Of a stretch of 55,136 bases of DNA, positions 17,213-26,568 are shown piece by piece. Source of the stretch: Solirubrobacteraceae bacterium (GTDB lineage: Bacteria; Actinomycetota; Thermoleophilia; Solirubrobacterales; Solirubrobacteraceae); assembly GCA_035536255.1 (NCBI GenBank), contig DATLOP010000228.1, forward strand, positions 1 through 55,136, given 5' to 3'. The first letter of the stretch is position 1; every line of letters starts with the position of its first letter. The translations under genes and the position numbers were made by a program. The notes beneath the pieces are model-generated. The model was not told where the DNA came from. It ran no database searches and saw nothing but the letters and a program-made list of their open reading frames with translations.

Positions 17213-19063
17213 ATGGGATGTGGTTGGCCCTGCCCCCGCAAGTCCTCGCGGCTGCGCCGCCTCGGACTCTCGGCCGTCCTCGCGACGGCCATCCTCCTCG
17301 CGCTGCCCGCCGCCGCGCTGGCGCAGTTCCCGATCAACACGGTTCCCCCGTCGATCACGGGCACCGCGCAGGTGGGCCACACGCTGACGTGCTCGAACGG
17401 CACGTGGCTGAACTTCCCGACGTCGTTCGCCCGTCAGTGGCAGCGCAACGGCTCGGCGCTGCTGGGCGAGACCTCTTCCACGTATGAGGTCAAGCTGGAG
17501 GACGTCAACCAGGTGATCACCTGCTCGGTCACCGCGAGCAACAGCGACGGACCGAGCCCGTTCGCGGCGACTTCGCTGCCGGTCGTGCCGATCGCCGCGC
17601 CGGCCGCGGCCAAGCCCGTCAACCTGATGCCCCCGACCATCACCGGCACGGCCCATCAGGGCCAGCAGCTCGCCTGCTCGGACGGGACCTGGCTGAACTT
17701 CCCGACCTCCTACGCGCGCCAGTGGAAGCGCGACGGCGCGGCCATCCCCGGGGCGACGGGCGCCACGCACACCGTGGTCGCCGCTGACGTCGGCCGTCAG
17801 GTCACGTGCTCGGTCGTCGCCTCCAACGGCGCCGGCGACTCGGTTGAGGCGACGTCGGCGCCGGTCGTCCCGACCGGGCCGGCCCCCCCCGGCAAGCCGG
17901 CCAACCTTGCGCCCCCGGTCATCACGGGCGCCGCCCAGGAGGGCCAGCAGCTCGCCTGCTCGGACGGGATCTGGCAGAACTCCCCCGCCTCCTACGCGCG
18001 CCAGTGGAAGCGCGACGGCGCGGCCATCCCCGGGGCGACGGGAGCCACGCACACCGTGGTCGCGGCTGACGTAGGCCATCAGGTCACCTGCTCGGTCATC
18101 GCGTCCAACGGCGCCGGCGACTCGGGCGAGGCGACCTCGGCGCCCGTCGTCCCGACCGGGTCGGCGGCCCCCGTCGAGCCGGTCAACCTTGCGCCCCCGG
18201 TCATCACGGGCGTCGCCCAGGAGGGCAGGGACCTTCAGTGCTCGGACGGCCTGTGGCTCAACGACCCGACCTCCCACGCACGCCAGTGGAAGCGCGACGG
18301 TGCGGACATCGCCGGGGCGACGGGCGCCACGCACACCGTGGTCGCGGCTGACGTCGGCCGTCAGGTCACCTGCTCGGTCGTCGCCTCCAACGGCGCCGGC
18401 GCCTCGGCGCAGGCCACGTCGCTGCCGGTCGTCCCGATCGCCGCGGACCCCGTGAGCCCGCCGGCCGCCCCGCCCACCCCGACCGTCCCCGGCGTCACGC
18501 CGGGACCGGGCACGGGCGGCGGCGCTCCCGCGAGCCCGCCCGCCGCGGACCGCACACGGCCGGTCATCCGGACGTGGTCGATGCTGCGCACCCGCTTCAC
18601 GGTGGGCGGCGGGACGACAGCGCTGGCCGCCGCGACCCGGCCGCGCGCCGGCACCGCGTTCCGCCTGACGCTGTCCGAGCGCGCGCGCGTCGCCATCTTC
18701 ATCGCCCGCACGACGATCGGATACCGCCAGGGCCGGCGCTGCCTGGTCGTGACGAAGGCGCTGCGCCTGCGTCTCGCCCGCACGATCCGGGGCGGCACCA
18801 CCCGCAGCCGCGCGGTCCGCCTGAGGTGGCTCCTGCGCCGGCGCGCCTGCACGATCCTCAAGCACCTCGGCACGCTCGTGCGCACCGCGCGGCCGGGCGC
18901 CAACTCCGTGCCGTTCAGCGGTCGGCTGGGTCGCCGCGCGCTCCCGGTGGGCCGCTACACCGCCGCCATCGGCGCGGTCGACGCCGCGGGCAACGTCTCG
19001 ATGTGGCGGCGCGTGTTCTTCAACGTCGTCCCGCAGCCCAGGCCAACCCCCCGTCGCGGCTAG
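17213..19063 (+). CDS. Secreted protein with four tandem Ig-like repeats and a C-terminal beta-rich domain
   Basis: Signal peptide MGCGWPCPRKSSRLRRLGLSAVLATAILLALPAAALA/QF. Four units of about 94 aa follow the pattern PPxITGxAxxGxxLxCSxGxWxNxPxSxARQWxRxG...ATGATHTVVAADVGxQVTCSVxASNGAG, separated by Pro/Ala/Thr linkers. The tail is basic and ends ...FSGRLGRRALPVGRYTAAIGAVDAAGNVS. Confidence 0.85.
   Translation: MGCGWPCPRKSSRLRRLGLSAVLATAILLALPAAALAQFPINTVPPSITGTAQVGHTLTCSNGTWLNFPTSFARQWQRNGSALLGETSSTYEVKLEDVNQVITCSVTASNSDGPSPFAATSLPVVPIAAPAAAKPVNLMPPTITGTAHQGQQLACSDGTWLNFPTSYARQWKRDGAAIPGATGATHTVVAADVGRQVTCSVVASNGAGDSVEATSAPVVPTGPAPPGKPANLAPPVITGAAQEGQQLACSDGIWQNSPASYARQWKRDGAAIPGATGATHTVVAADVGHQVTCSVIASNGAGDSGEATSAPVVPTGSAAPVEPVNLAPPVITGVAQEGRDLQCSDGLWLNDPTSHARQWKRDGADIAGATGATHTVVAADVGRQVTCSVVASNGAGASAQATSLPVVPIAADPVSPPAAPPTPTVPGVTPGPGTGGGAPASPPAADRTRPVIRTWSMLRTRFTVGGGTTALAAATRPRAGTAFRLTLSERARVAIFIARTTIGYRQGRRCLVVTKALRLRLARTIRGGTTRSRAVRLRWLLRRRACTILKHLGTLVRTARPGANSVPFSGRLGRRALPVGRYTAAIGAVDAAGNVSMWRRVFFNVVPQPRPTPRRG
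17333..18445 (+). repeat. Four tandem coding repeats of about 282 bp (Ig-like domain units)
   Basis: Unit boundaries are about 17333, 17615, 17897 and 18179, ending at 18445. Units 2-4 are roughly 90% identical at DNA level by eye; for example, cgccagtggaagcgcgacggcgcggccatccccggggcgacggg recurs. Confidence 0.85.
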
Positions 19064-19123
19064 GCCATACCGCCACCCCAAGGCATAGGCTCCCGCTCGA
19101 CGGTGGTACTAGGGGAACATCAG

Positions 19124-19966
19124 ATGCCGGACGTCGCGGTCGTGGTCGTGCACTACAGGACCCCGGTGGAGCTCAGGGCGTGTCTGGACGCGCTGCGCGC
19201 GCAGCGGCCCCGCCCGGCCGAGATCCTCGTCGTGGACAACTCGGCGCTGGTCGACGGCGCGACCTCGCGCCCGGCCCCGGGAGAGGACTGGGAGTGGGTG
19301 CGCAGCCCGAACGTCGGTTACGCCGCGGGGTGCAACGTCGGCGTGGCACGGACGGACAGCCCGCTGGTGACGGTCCTCAACGCGGACGTGACGCTCGAGC
19401 CCGACGCCCTCTCGACCCTGCGCGCGCGGCTCCTCGCCGGCCGGCGGACCTTCGCCGTCGGACCGCGCCTGTGGGACCCCGGCGGCTCCATCCAGCTCTC
19501 CGCTCGGTCCGATCCGGGAGTTCACACGGCGTTCCTGGGACGCAGCAGCACGATCACGCGCGCGCTGCGGCGGCGCGGGCACACGCCCGCCGGGCTGGCG
19601 GCCGCCGAGAACCTGCGGGCGCGGGCCGTGGACTGGGTGTCCGGCGCGTGTCAGATGTTCCGCCGGGACGCGTTCGCCCGGGTAGGCGGGTTCGACGAGC
19701 GCTTCTGGATGTACTGGGAGGACGCCGACCTGTGCCGGCGCCTGCGCGAGGCCGGGGGGGAGGTCTGGTACGAGCCCGCGGCCCAAGCCCGGCACAGCAC
19801 GGGCGCGAGCGGGCGCACCGTGCGCACCGTGCAGGCCTTCCACGCGTCGGCGGCGCGCTTCTACGAGAAACACCTGGCCCGCTCGCGCGTGGACGCTGAG
19901 GTCGTCCGGGCCCTGCTCCGGACCCGCGCGGCGTATGTGTGCCGGGCGCAGCATGGGGCCGGCTAG
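19124..19966 (+). CDS. Glycosyltransferase family 2
   Basis: ATG 19124 preceded by aggggaac; MPDVAVVVVHYRTPVELRACLDAL...ILVVDNS...NVGYAAGCN...VLNADV...WMYWEDADLCRR. Confidence 0.85.
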   Translation: MPDVAVVVVHYRTPVELRACLDALRAQRPRPAEILVVDNSALVDGATSRPAPGEDWEWVRSPNVGYAAGCNVGVARTDSPLVTVLNADVTLEPDALSTLRARLLAGRRTFAVGPRLWDPGGSIQLSARSDPGVHTAFLGRSSTITRALRRRGHTPAGLAAAENLRARAVDWVSGACQMFRRDAFARVGGFDERFWMYWEDADLCRRLREAGGEVWYEPAAQARHSTGASGRTVRTVQAFHASAARFYEKHLARSRVDAEVVRALLRTRAAYVCRAQHGAG

Positions 19967-21037
19967 CGGCACGCTCGTGATCGACGCGCTCGCCGCGCGC
20001 TTCGGCGGGACCGCTTACTCGGTGGTCCAGCTCGCGCCGCGCCTGGCGCGGCGTCCCGGGATCAACGGCGTCTGCGTCATAACGCGCGAGAACTCGATGG
20101 TGGACCGCGGCCTGCGCGACCTCCCGGGCGTACGGGTCCTGCGCCTGGCGGAGCGCCGTCCCCTCGAGCTCGTCTCCAGGGTCGTGTGGGAGGCCCTGCG
20201 CCTGCCGCGACGTGTGGCGGCGATGCGCCCGGTGGGACTCCTGACCTTCTCCGGGATGCTTCCCCGAGCGGTGCCGTCCCCGACGGTCGCCTACCTCTGC
20301 AACCCGCTGATGTTCAGTGCGGACGGTCGTGCCGGCGACCGCACGCGCGTGCGCGCCGTGTCGCGCACGCTGGCCCGCGGCGCGACGGCGGCCGTCCCGA
20401 GTCACGGGATGGCTCGCCTCGTGGCCAAGGCAACCGGGGCTCGGCCGGCGGTCGCGCCGCTCGGGGTGGACCACTCGAGGTTCACGCCGGGGCCGCAGGC
20501 CGGGACGGACGTGCTCTACGTCGCCGACTTCTACCCGCACAAACGTCACGACCTCCTGCTCGAGGCGTGGTCGCGGCTTCCCGCTCCGCGGCCCCGGCTG
20601 CGGCTCGTCGGCAATCCCGACGTCTCACCGCGCCAGCACGCGGAGATCGTCCGGCGCGCCGGCGGCCTGTCGTCGCTCGGGGAGGTGACCGTGGAGCGGG
20701 GCCTCTCGCTCACCGAGCTCGTCGATGCCTACCGGGCCGCGCGAGTGACGGTCGTCCCCTCGACCCAGGAGAGCTTCTGCATGCCGCTCGCCGAGACCCT
20801 GGCGGCCGGCACCCCCGCGGTGGCGCGCGACCTGCCGGCGCTGCGCGAGACGGCCGGGGGCGGCGCGCGCTACGTCGCGGACGACGACCCGGAGCGCTGG
20901 GCCGCCGCCATGGCGCAGGTCCTCCGGGACGACGGCCACCATGCCGAACTGCGCCGGGCGGGAGCGCAGCACGTCCGGCGGTTCACCTGGGACGGTTTGG
21001 CCGAGCGACTGGGGGAGGCCCTCGGCCTCCCGGACCG

Positions 21038-21041
<4 letters not shown>
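19953..21041 (+). CDS. Glycosyltransferase family 4
   Basis: LYVADFYPHKRHDLLLEAW...LRLVGN...VVPSTQESFCMPLAETLAAGTPAVARDLPALRETAG. Start taken at ATG 19953. Confidence 0.8.
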
Positions 21042-22995
<1,954 letters not shown>

Positions 22996-23001
22996 TTACC
23001 C

Positions 23002-23262
23002 ATGCCCAAGAACGTAAAGGCAAAGGGAGGGGGCGAGATCGCCCGGACCAGGATCTCCTCCAAGCATCAGGTGACGATCGCCAAGCCCCCGTTCGACCAG
23101 GCCGGCTTCCGCGCCGGCGAAGAGCTCATCGTCCGCGCGCTGGGCCCCGGGCGGGTCGAGCTGACCGGGCTCGACGCGGTCTTGGACAGGCATCGCGGGA
23201 GGCTTTCGACCGGCGGCGCGCTGCGCCGGACGCTCGACGACCTGCGCCGCGAGTGGGACTAG
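23002..23262 (+). CDS. vapB: AbrB/SpoVT-MazE-fold antitoxin (VapB-like)
   Basis: 86 aa; RISSKHQVTIAKPPFDQAGFRAGEELIV is a swapped-hairpin AbrB-type motif. Overlaps the downstream PIN gene by 10 nt. Confidence 0.75.
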   Translation: MPKNVKAKGGGEIARTRISSKHQVTIAKPPFDQAGFRAGEELIVRALGPGRVELTGLDAVLDRHRGRLSTGGALRRTLDDLRREWD

Positions 23263-23699
23263 CGCTGCTGGACAGCTCGTCGGTCGTCGGCTACCTGGAC
23301 GCGGACGACCTGCTCCACGACGACGCGGTGGCGAAGGTCGAGGGCGCGGTGCGAGCGGGATCGGGCCTCGCGATCTCCGCGATCACGTGGACGGAGCTTC
23401 TGCACGGCGCGGCGGTCGGTCATCGCGCCGAGCGGGCGATCCGCGAGCTCGCGACCGACCTGGGCATCGCGATCCTGCCCGTCGACACGGCGGTCGCCGA
23501 GCGGGCGGCGGCGCTGCAGGGCGAGTACGCACGGCGATCGCCCGCCGGGCGAGCCCGCCGCCTGAAGACGCCGGACGCGCTCATCCTCGCCACCGCCGAC
23601 GTCGCCGCCGACGTCGACACCGTGATCTGCGGCGACGACCGCTGGCCGAAGGTCCCCGGCGCCCGCCCCCAGATCGTCCTCGTCCGCGAGCGACGCTAG
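23253..23699 (+). CDS. vapC: PIN-domain ribonuclease toxin (VapC)
   Basis: GTG start; LALLDSSSVVGYLDADD...ISAITWTELLHG...KTPDALILATA...VICGDD. The acidic PIN residues are in place. Confidence 0.8.
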   Translation: MGLALLDSSSVVGYLDADDLLHDDAVAKVEGAVRAGSGLAISAITWTELLHGAAVGHRAERAIRELATDLGIAILPVDTAVAERAAALQGEYARRSPAGRARRLKTPDALILATADVAADVDTVICGDDRWPKVPGARPQIVLVRERR

Positions 23700-23765
23700 G
23701 ACATTACGGTTCCTTGTTGCAGTGCACGACTGCGTCGTAACACTGTCCCTGGCACAGTCGCGGCG

Positions 23766-23987
23766 ATGTGGGATATCACTCACCACCGGCGATCCCGGCC
23801 GCTCCGCCCGGATTGCGCCGGGCGCAGCCAAAGACCCCCTTTCCAGGACTACCGGCACGGAACGTTGGAGATGTACGACCGCAGAGGCAGGCACCTAGGA
23901 GAGTTCGACCCGGAGACAGGCGAGCGATTGAAGGGGTCCGAGCGCGACCCGTACCATCGTCGTCTAGACGCTCATGTGGGCTCTTAG
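23766..23987 (+). CDS. Minimal colicin E3/cloacin-type ribosome-inactivating RNase domain protein (stand-alone)
   Basis: 73 aa. QDYRHGTLEMYDRRGRHLGEFDPETGERLKGSERDP aligns by eye with the colicin E3 C-terminus recalled from memory: WDSQHGELEGYRASDGQHLGSFDPKTGNQLKGPDPKR. No secretion or translocation domain. Local GC is lower. Confidence 0.65.
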   Translation: MWDITHHRRSRPLRPDCAGRSQRPPFQDYRHGTLEMYDRRGRHLGEFDPETGERLKGSERDPYHRRLDAHVGS

Positions 23988-24279
23988 GCAATACCACCCG
24001 GACACCGGCGAGCTGGTTAGCGAGCTCCACTTGCCGATGCTGCGCCTCGAAGATGCGGAGGAAGTGCTCGGCTTTGCGCCGACGAAGTTCGGCTCCACCG
24101 CACTTGACCCGGAAACGCTTCCGGCATTGCTCAGCCGGTTTGGGATGCGGGTCGAGCGCGGCGATCTGAAGTCGTTCTTGGACTTCGACGTCGACGAGCA
24201 CCCCTCGGCCGGCGACGTGACCACTCACGACAGCGCCGAAGATCTCCTCGACCACCTCGGTCGCGTCGACGGCGCGTGA
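23974..24279 (+). CDS. Small acidic protein, putative cognate immunity protein
   Basis: 101 aa, rich in Asp/Glu. Overlaps the toxin gene by 14 nt in a toxin-then-immunity order. Loose resemblance to the ImmE3 pattern (..YHPDTGELV..AEEVLGF..SFLDFDVDEH). Confidence 0.5.
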   Translation: MWALRQYHPDTGELVSELHLPMLRLEDAEEVLGFAPTKFGSTALDPETLPALLSRFGMRVERGDLKSFLDFDVDEHPSAGDVTTHDSAEDLLDHLGRVDGA

Positions 24280-24361
24280 TCCCAGCCTTCAACGTGGAGC
24301 CTGAGCTCCTGCCCTGCGCGGTAGGGCGCATCTCGGAGCGACGCGGCGTGTTTGCGTCTGC

Positions 24362-25834
24362 GTGCCCCGCTCCCTCCTGACCGCGGTCGTGACCGCGTCG
24401 GCGCTGGCCGCGGTGCCGGCGACGGCGCCCGCGGCGAGCCTGTCTCTGCGGCCGGCGATCGCAGCGCCCGGGACCACGGTCGCGGCCGAGGGCGCGGGCT
24501 GGCGGCCGGGGACGCCGGTGGTCGTCCGGCGCCGCGGCGGGGGGCGCCTGGGGGTCGGGCGGGTCGGGTCCGACGGGCGGTTCGCCACGCCCCTGCGGCT
24601 GCCGTCCAACCTCAGCGTTCGCACGCATCCCATCCGCGCCCGGGCCGGGCGCACCGCCGTGGACGGCCGCCTGCGCGTCGTGCCGGCCACCCGTGACTGG
24701 GCGCCCAAGGCGATTTCCTTCTCCCACACCCAGGTTGGTCTCTCGATCTCCCGGACGGTCGCCTTCCCGACCGCCCCGGTCCGCATCGACGTCCGCGGCC
24801 TGAATCGCAACGACCTCGTGACGGCCCAGCTGCGCGACGCGCCGCCGGCCATCGCGCGGGCCGGCGCGCGCGGTCGGGCCACCGTCACGCTGACCGTCCC
24901 CGGCTCCCGCCTCGAGGGCTCGACGCTGACCCTGCGGGCCGGGCGCCTGCGCCGCGTCGAGCCGTTCTACGTCCTGCCGCCGCAGACCGTCGTCCCGCCC
25001 CTGCCCGCCCCCACCCGGACGAACCCGCTGCTCGCGGCGGCGGGGGACATCGCGTGCTTCCCGGGCGAGCCGCGCACCGCGGAGCGCTGCCACCACCAGG
25101 AGACCGGCGACCAGCTGGTGCAGGCGGCCCCCGACGCCGTGGCCATGCTCGGCGACGCCCAGTACGAGCGCGGAACGCCCGAGGAGTGGGTCGAGTACGA
25201 CCGGACGTGGGGGCGCGTGCGCGACCGCACCCGCCCCGCCGTCGGCAACCACGAGTACGGCACGCCCGGCGCCTCGCAGTACTTCACCTACTTCGGCGCG
25301 GCCGCCGGCGCCCCCGACCGCGGCTACTACTCCTACGACCTCGGGGCCTGGCACGTCGTGGTCCTGAACTCCAACTGCGGATTCGTCAGCTGCTTCGTCG
25401 ACAGCGCGCAGGAGCGCTGGCTGCGCGCCGACCTCGCGGCGCACCCCGACCGCTGCACGCTGGCCTACTGGCACCATCCACGCCACTCGTCGGTCCAGCG
25501 GGTCGGGAACACGTCCGTCCAGGCGCTGTGGGCCGCTCTGGCGCAGGCCGGCGCCGACGTGGTCCTGACCGGGCACGTCCACCACTACGAGCGGATCGCG
25601 CCCCTGGACGCCGACGGCCAGATCGACCGCGTGAACGGCATGCGCTCGTTCGTCGTGGGCACGGGCGGGCGCAACTACCAGCGCATGCCCGTGCGCAAGG
25701 CGTACTCCGAGGCCGCCAGCACCGACACCTTCGGCATCCTGCTGCTCGAGCTGCGCCCCGACGGCTACGGCTGGCTGTTCGCCCCGGAGCCCGGCGACGA
25801 CTACACCGACACCGGCAACGGAGCCTGCCGTTAG
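24362..25834 (+). CDS. Secreted calcineurin-like metallophosphoesterase
   Basis: Signal peptide MPRSLLTAVVTASALAAVPATAPAAS. Motifs AAGDIAC, MLGDAQYE, VGNHEY, WHHPRHS, LTGHVHHYER. Confidence 0.85.
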   Translation: MPRSLLTAVVTASALAAVPATAPAASLSLRPAIAAPGTTVAAEGAGWRPGTPVVVRRRGGGRLGVGRVGSDGRFATPLRLPSNLSVRTHPIRARAGRTAVDGRLRVVPATRDWAPKAISFSHTQVGLSISRTVAFPTAPVRIDVRGLNRNDLVTAQLRDAPPAIARAGARGRATVTLTVPGSRLEGSTLTLRAGRLRRVEPFYVLPPQTVVPPLPAPTRTNPLLAAAGDIACFPGEPRTAERCHHQETGDQLVQAAPDAVAMLGDAQYERGTPEEWVEYDRTWGRVRDRTRPAVGNHEYGTPGASQYFTYFGAAAGAPDRGYYSYDLGAWHVVVLNSNCGFVSCFVDSAQERWLRADLAAHPDRCTLAYWHHPRHSSVQRVGNTSVQALWAALAQAGADVVLTGHVHHYERIAPLDADGQIDRVNGMRSFVVGTGGRNYQRMPVRKAYSEAASTDTFGILLLELRPDGYGWLFAPEPGDDYTDTGNGACR

Positions 25835-26220
25835 GCGGGCGAGAGGACGGTCAGGCCGCGTTCTCGCGCCGCGCCGGCCAGCCGCCGGTCGTAGGAGACG
25901 AACTCCTCGATCCCGTCGACGAGCAGAGCCGTCGCCAGGTGGATCGCGTCGAGGGATCGCAGCCGCGGCGGGTCGACGGTCGCCGCCAGCCGGCGGGCGC
26001 GCTCATCGAGCGACAGGAACGAGACGAGGCCGAGAGCCTCCGCCATGGTCCGCTCGTCGATCGTCCCGCGAAGTCGTGCCGCGCGACGCACCTCGACCTC
26101 GGCCACCTCGGACGCCACCAGGTGACGACCGAGAACCAGCTCCTCGACCGCGTCGGATTCCGGCTCGCGCACCACCAGCTTCACCAGGGCCGAGGCATCG
26201 ATGTACGCGGCCCGTCTCAG
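25831..26220 (-). CDS. vapC: PIN-domain toxin (VapC); probable CTG start
   Basis: The canonical GTG ORF (start 26184) begins MKLVVREPESD and lacks the first PIN strand. The open frame upstream encodes RRAAYIDASALV, and CTG 26220-26218 overlaps the antitoxin stop (CTGA). Later motifs: SLDAIHLATAL, FVSYDRRL. Confidence 0.7.
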   Translation of the reverse strand: MRRAAYIDASALVKLVVREPESDAVEELVLGRHLVASEVAEVEVRRAARLRGTIDERTMAEALGLVSFLSLDERARRLAATVDPPRLRSLDAIHLATALLVDGIEEFVSYDRRLAGAARERGLTVLSPA

Positions 26221-26540
26221 ATCGTGTCCTCGCGCAGCTCCTGCAGCGCCCGGCTCGCCGCGTACGGATCGTCAGGGTCCATCGGCGGCAGCGGGCCGCG
26301 GCGCGCCAGCGCCTCCTCCGGGGTGTACTTCGCCGGCCGCGTTCCCGGGAAGTCGCGCAGGAGCCTGGCGACGAACGGGTCCTCGGGCTCGGGCGCGAGC
26401 ACCTCGGCGCCGGCCAGGAGCAGCTCGCGAGCCAGGGCGGCGTCGGGTTTGTCGCTGTCCAGCGCGCCCCGGGCGCGGTCGAGCGCCGCGTCTACCTCGG
26501 GATCGCGAACCAGCGCGAGGCGGCGGTGCTTCGTGGGCAT
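26217..26540 (-). CDS. Putative type II antitoxin partner of the PIN toxin
   Basis: 107-aa acidic protein immediately upstream of, and overlapping, the PIN gene. Family not recognised by eye. Confidence 0.55.
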   Translation of the reverse strand: MPTKHRRLALVRDPEVDAALDRARGALDSDKPDAALARELLLAGAEVLAPEPEDPFVARLLRDFPGTRPAKYTPEEALARRGPLPPMDPDDPYAASRALQELREDTI

Positions 26541-26548
26541 GCGAGGAA

Positions 26549-26568
26549 GTGTAACACCGGTGTTACAC
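26549..26568. promoter_or_regulatory. Perfect 20-bp palindrome GTGTAACACCGGTGTTACAC, 8 nt upstream of the antitoxin ATG
   Basis: Checked by hand to be exactly self-complementary. It overlaps the TAA stop of the upstream epimerase gene. No U-tract follows it. Confidence 0.6.

Noticed and set aside
17163-17387. ORF starting near a good GGAGG-ATG (17202) spacing, upstream of the Ig-repeat gene
   Set aside because: Its frame encodes no signal peptide or domain and terminates at 17387. The 17213 frame carries the signal peptide and all four repeats.
17333-18445. Possibility that the 282-bp tandem repeats are a CRISPR or other non-coding array
   Set aside because: The repeats are in-frame coding units of one ORF, have no spacer/repeat alternation, and are far longer than CRISPR repeats.
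15731-19081. 1116-aa minus-strand ORF spanning the SDR and Ig-repeat genes
   Set aside because: The translation is low-complexity and Arg/Gly/Asp/Ala-rich, with no recognisable motif. It lies antisense to two plus-strand genes that have clear motifs, a signal peptide and domain repeats. This is a typical shadow ORF of a GC-rich genome.
23768-24255. Alternative ORFs over the E3-like region (23768..24169 +, 23776..24255 -, 23964..24224 -)
   Set aside because: They have no motifs, whereas the chosen frames give the E3 catalytic-core match and a compact overlapping acidic partner.
26549-26568. The 20-bp palindrome as an intrinsic terminator for the epimerase gene
   Set aside because: No downstream U-tract, and a zero-length loop if fully paired. 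Its position 8 nt from the antitoxin start favours an operator. A terminator role cannot be fully excluded without 3'-end mapping.
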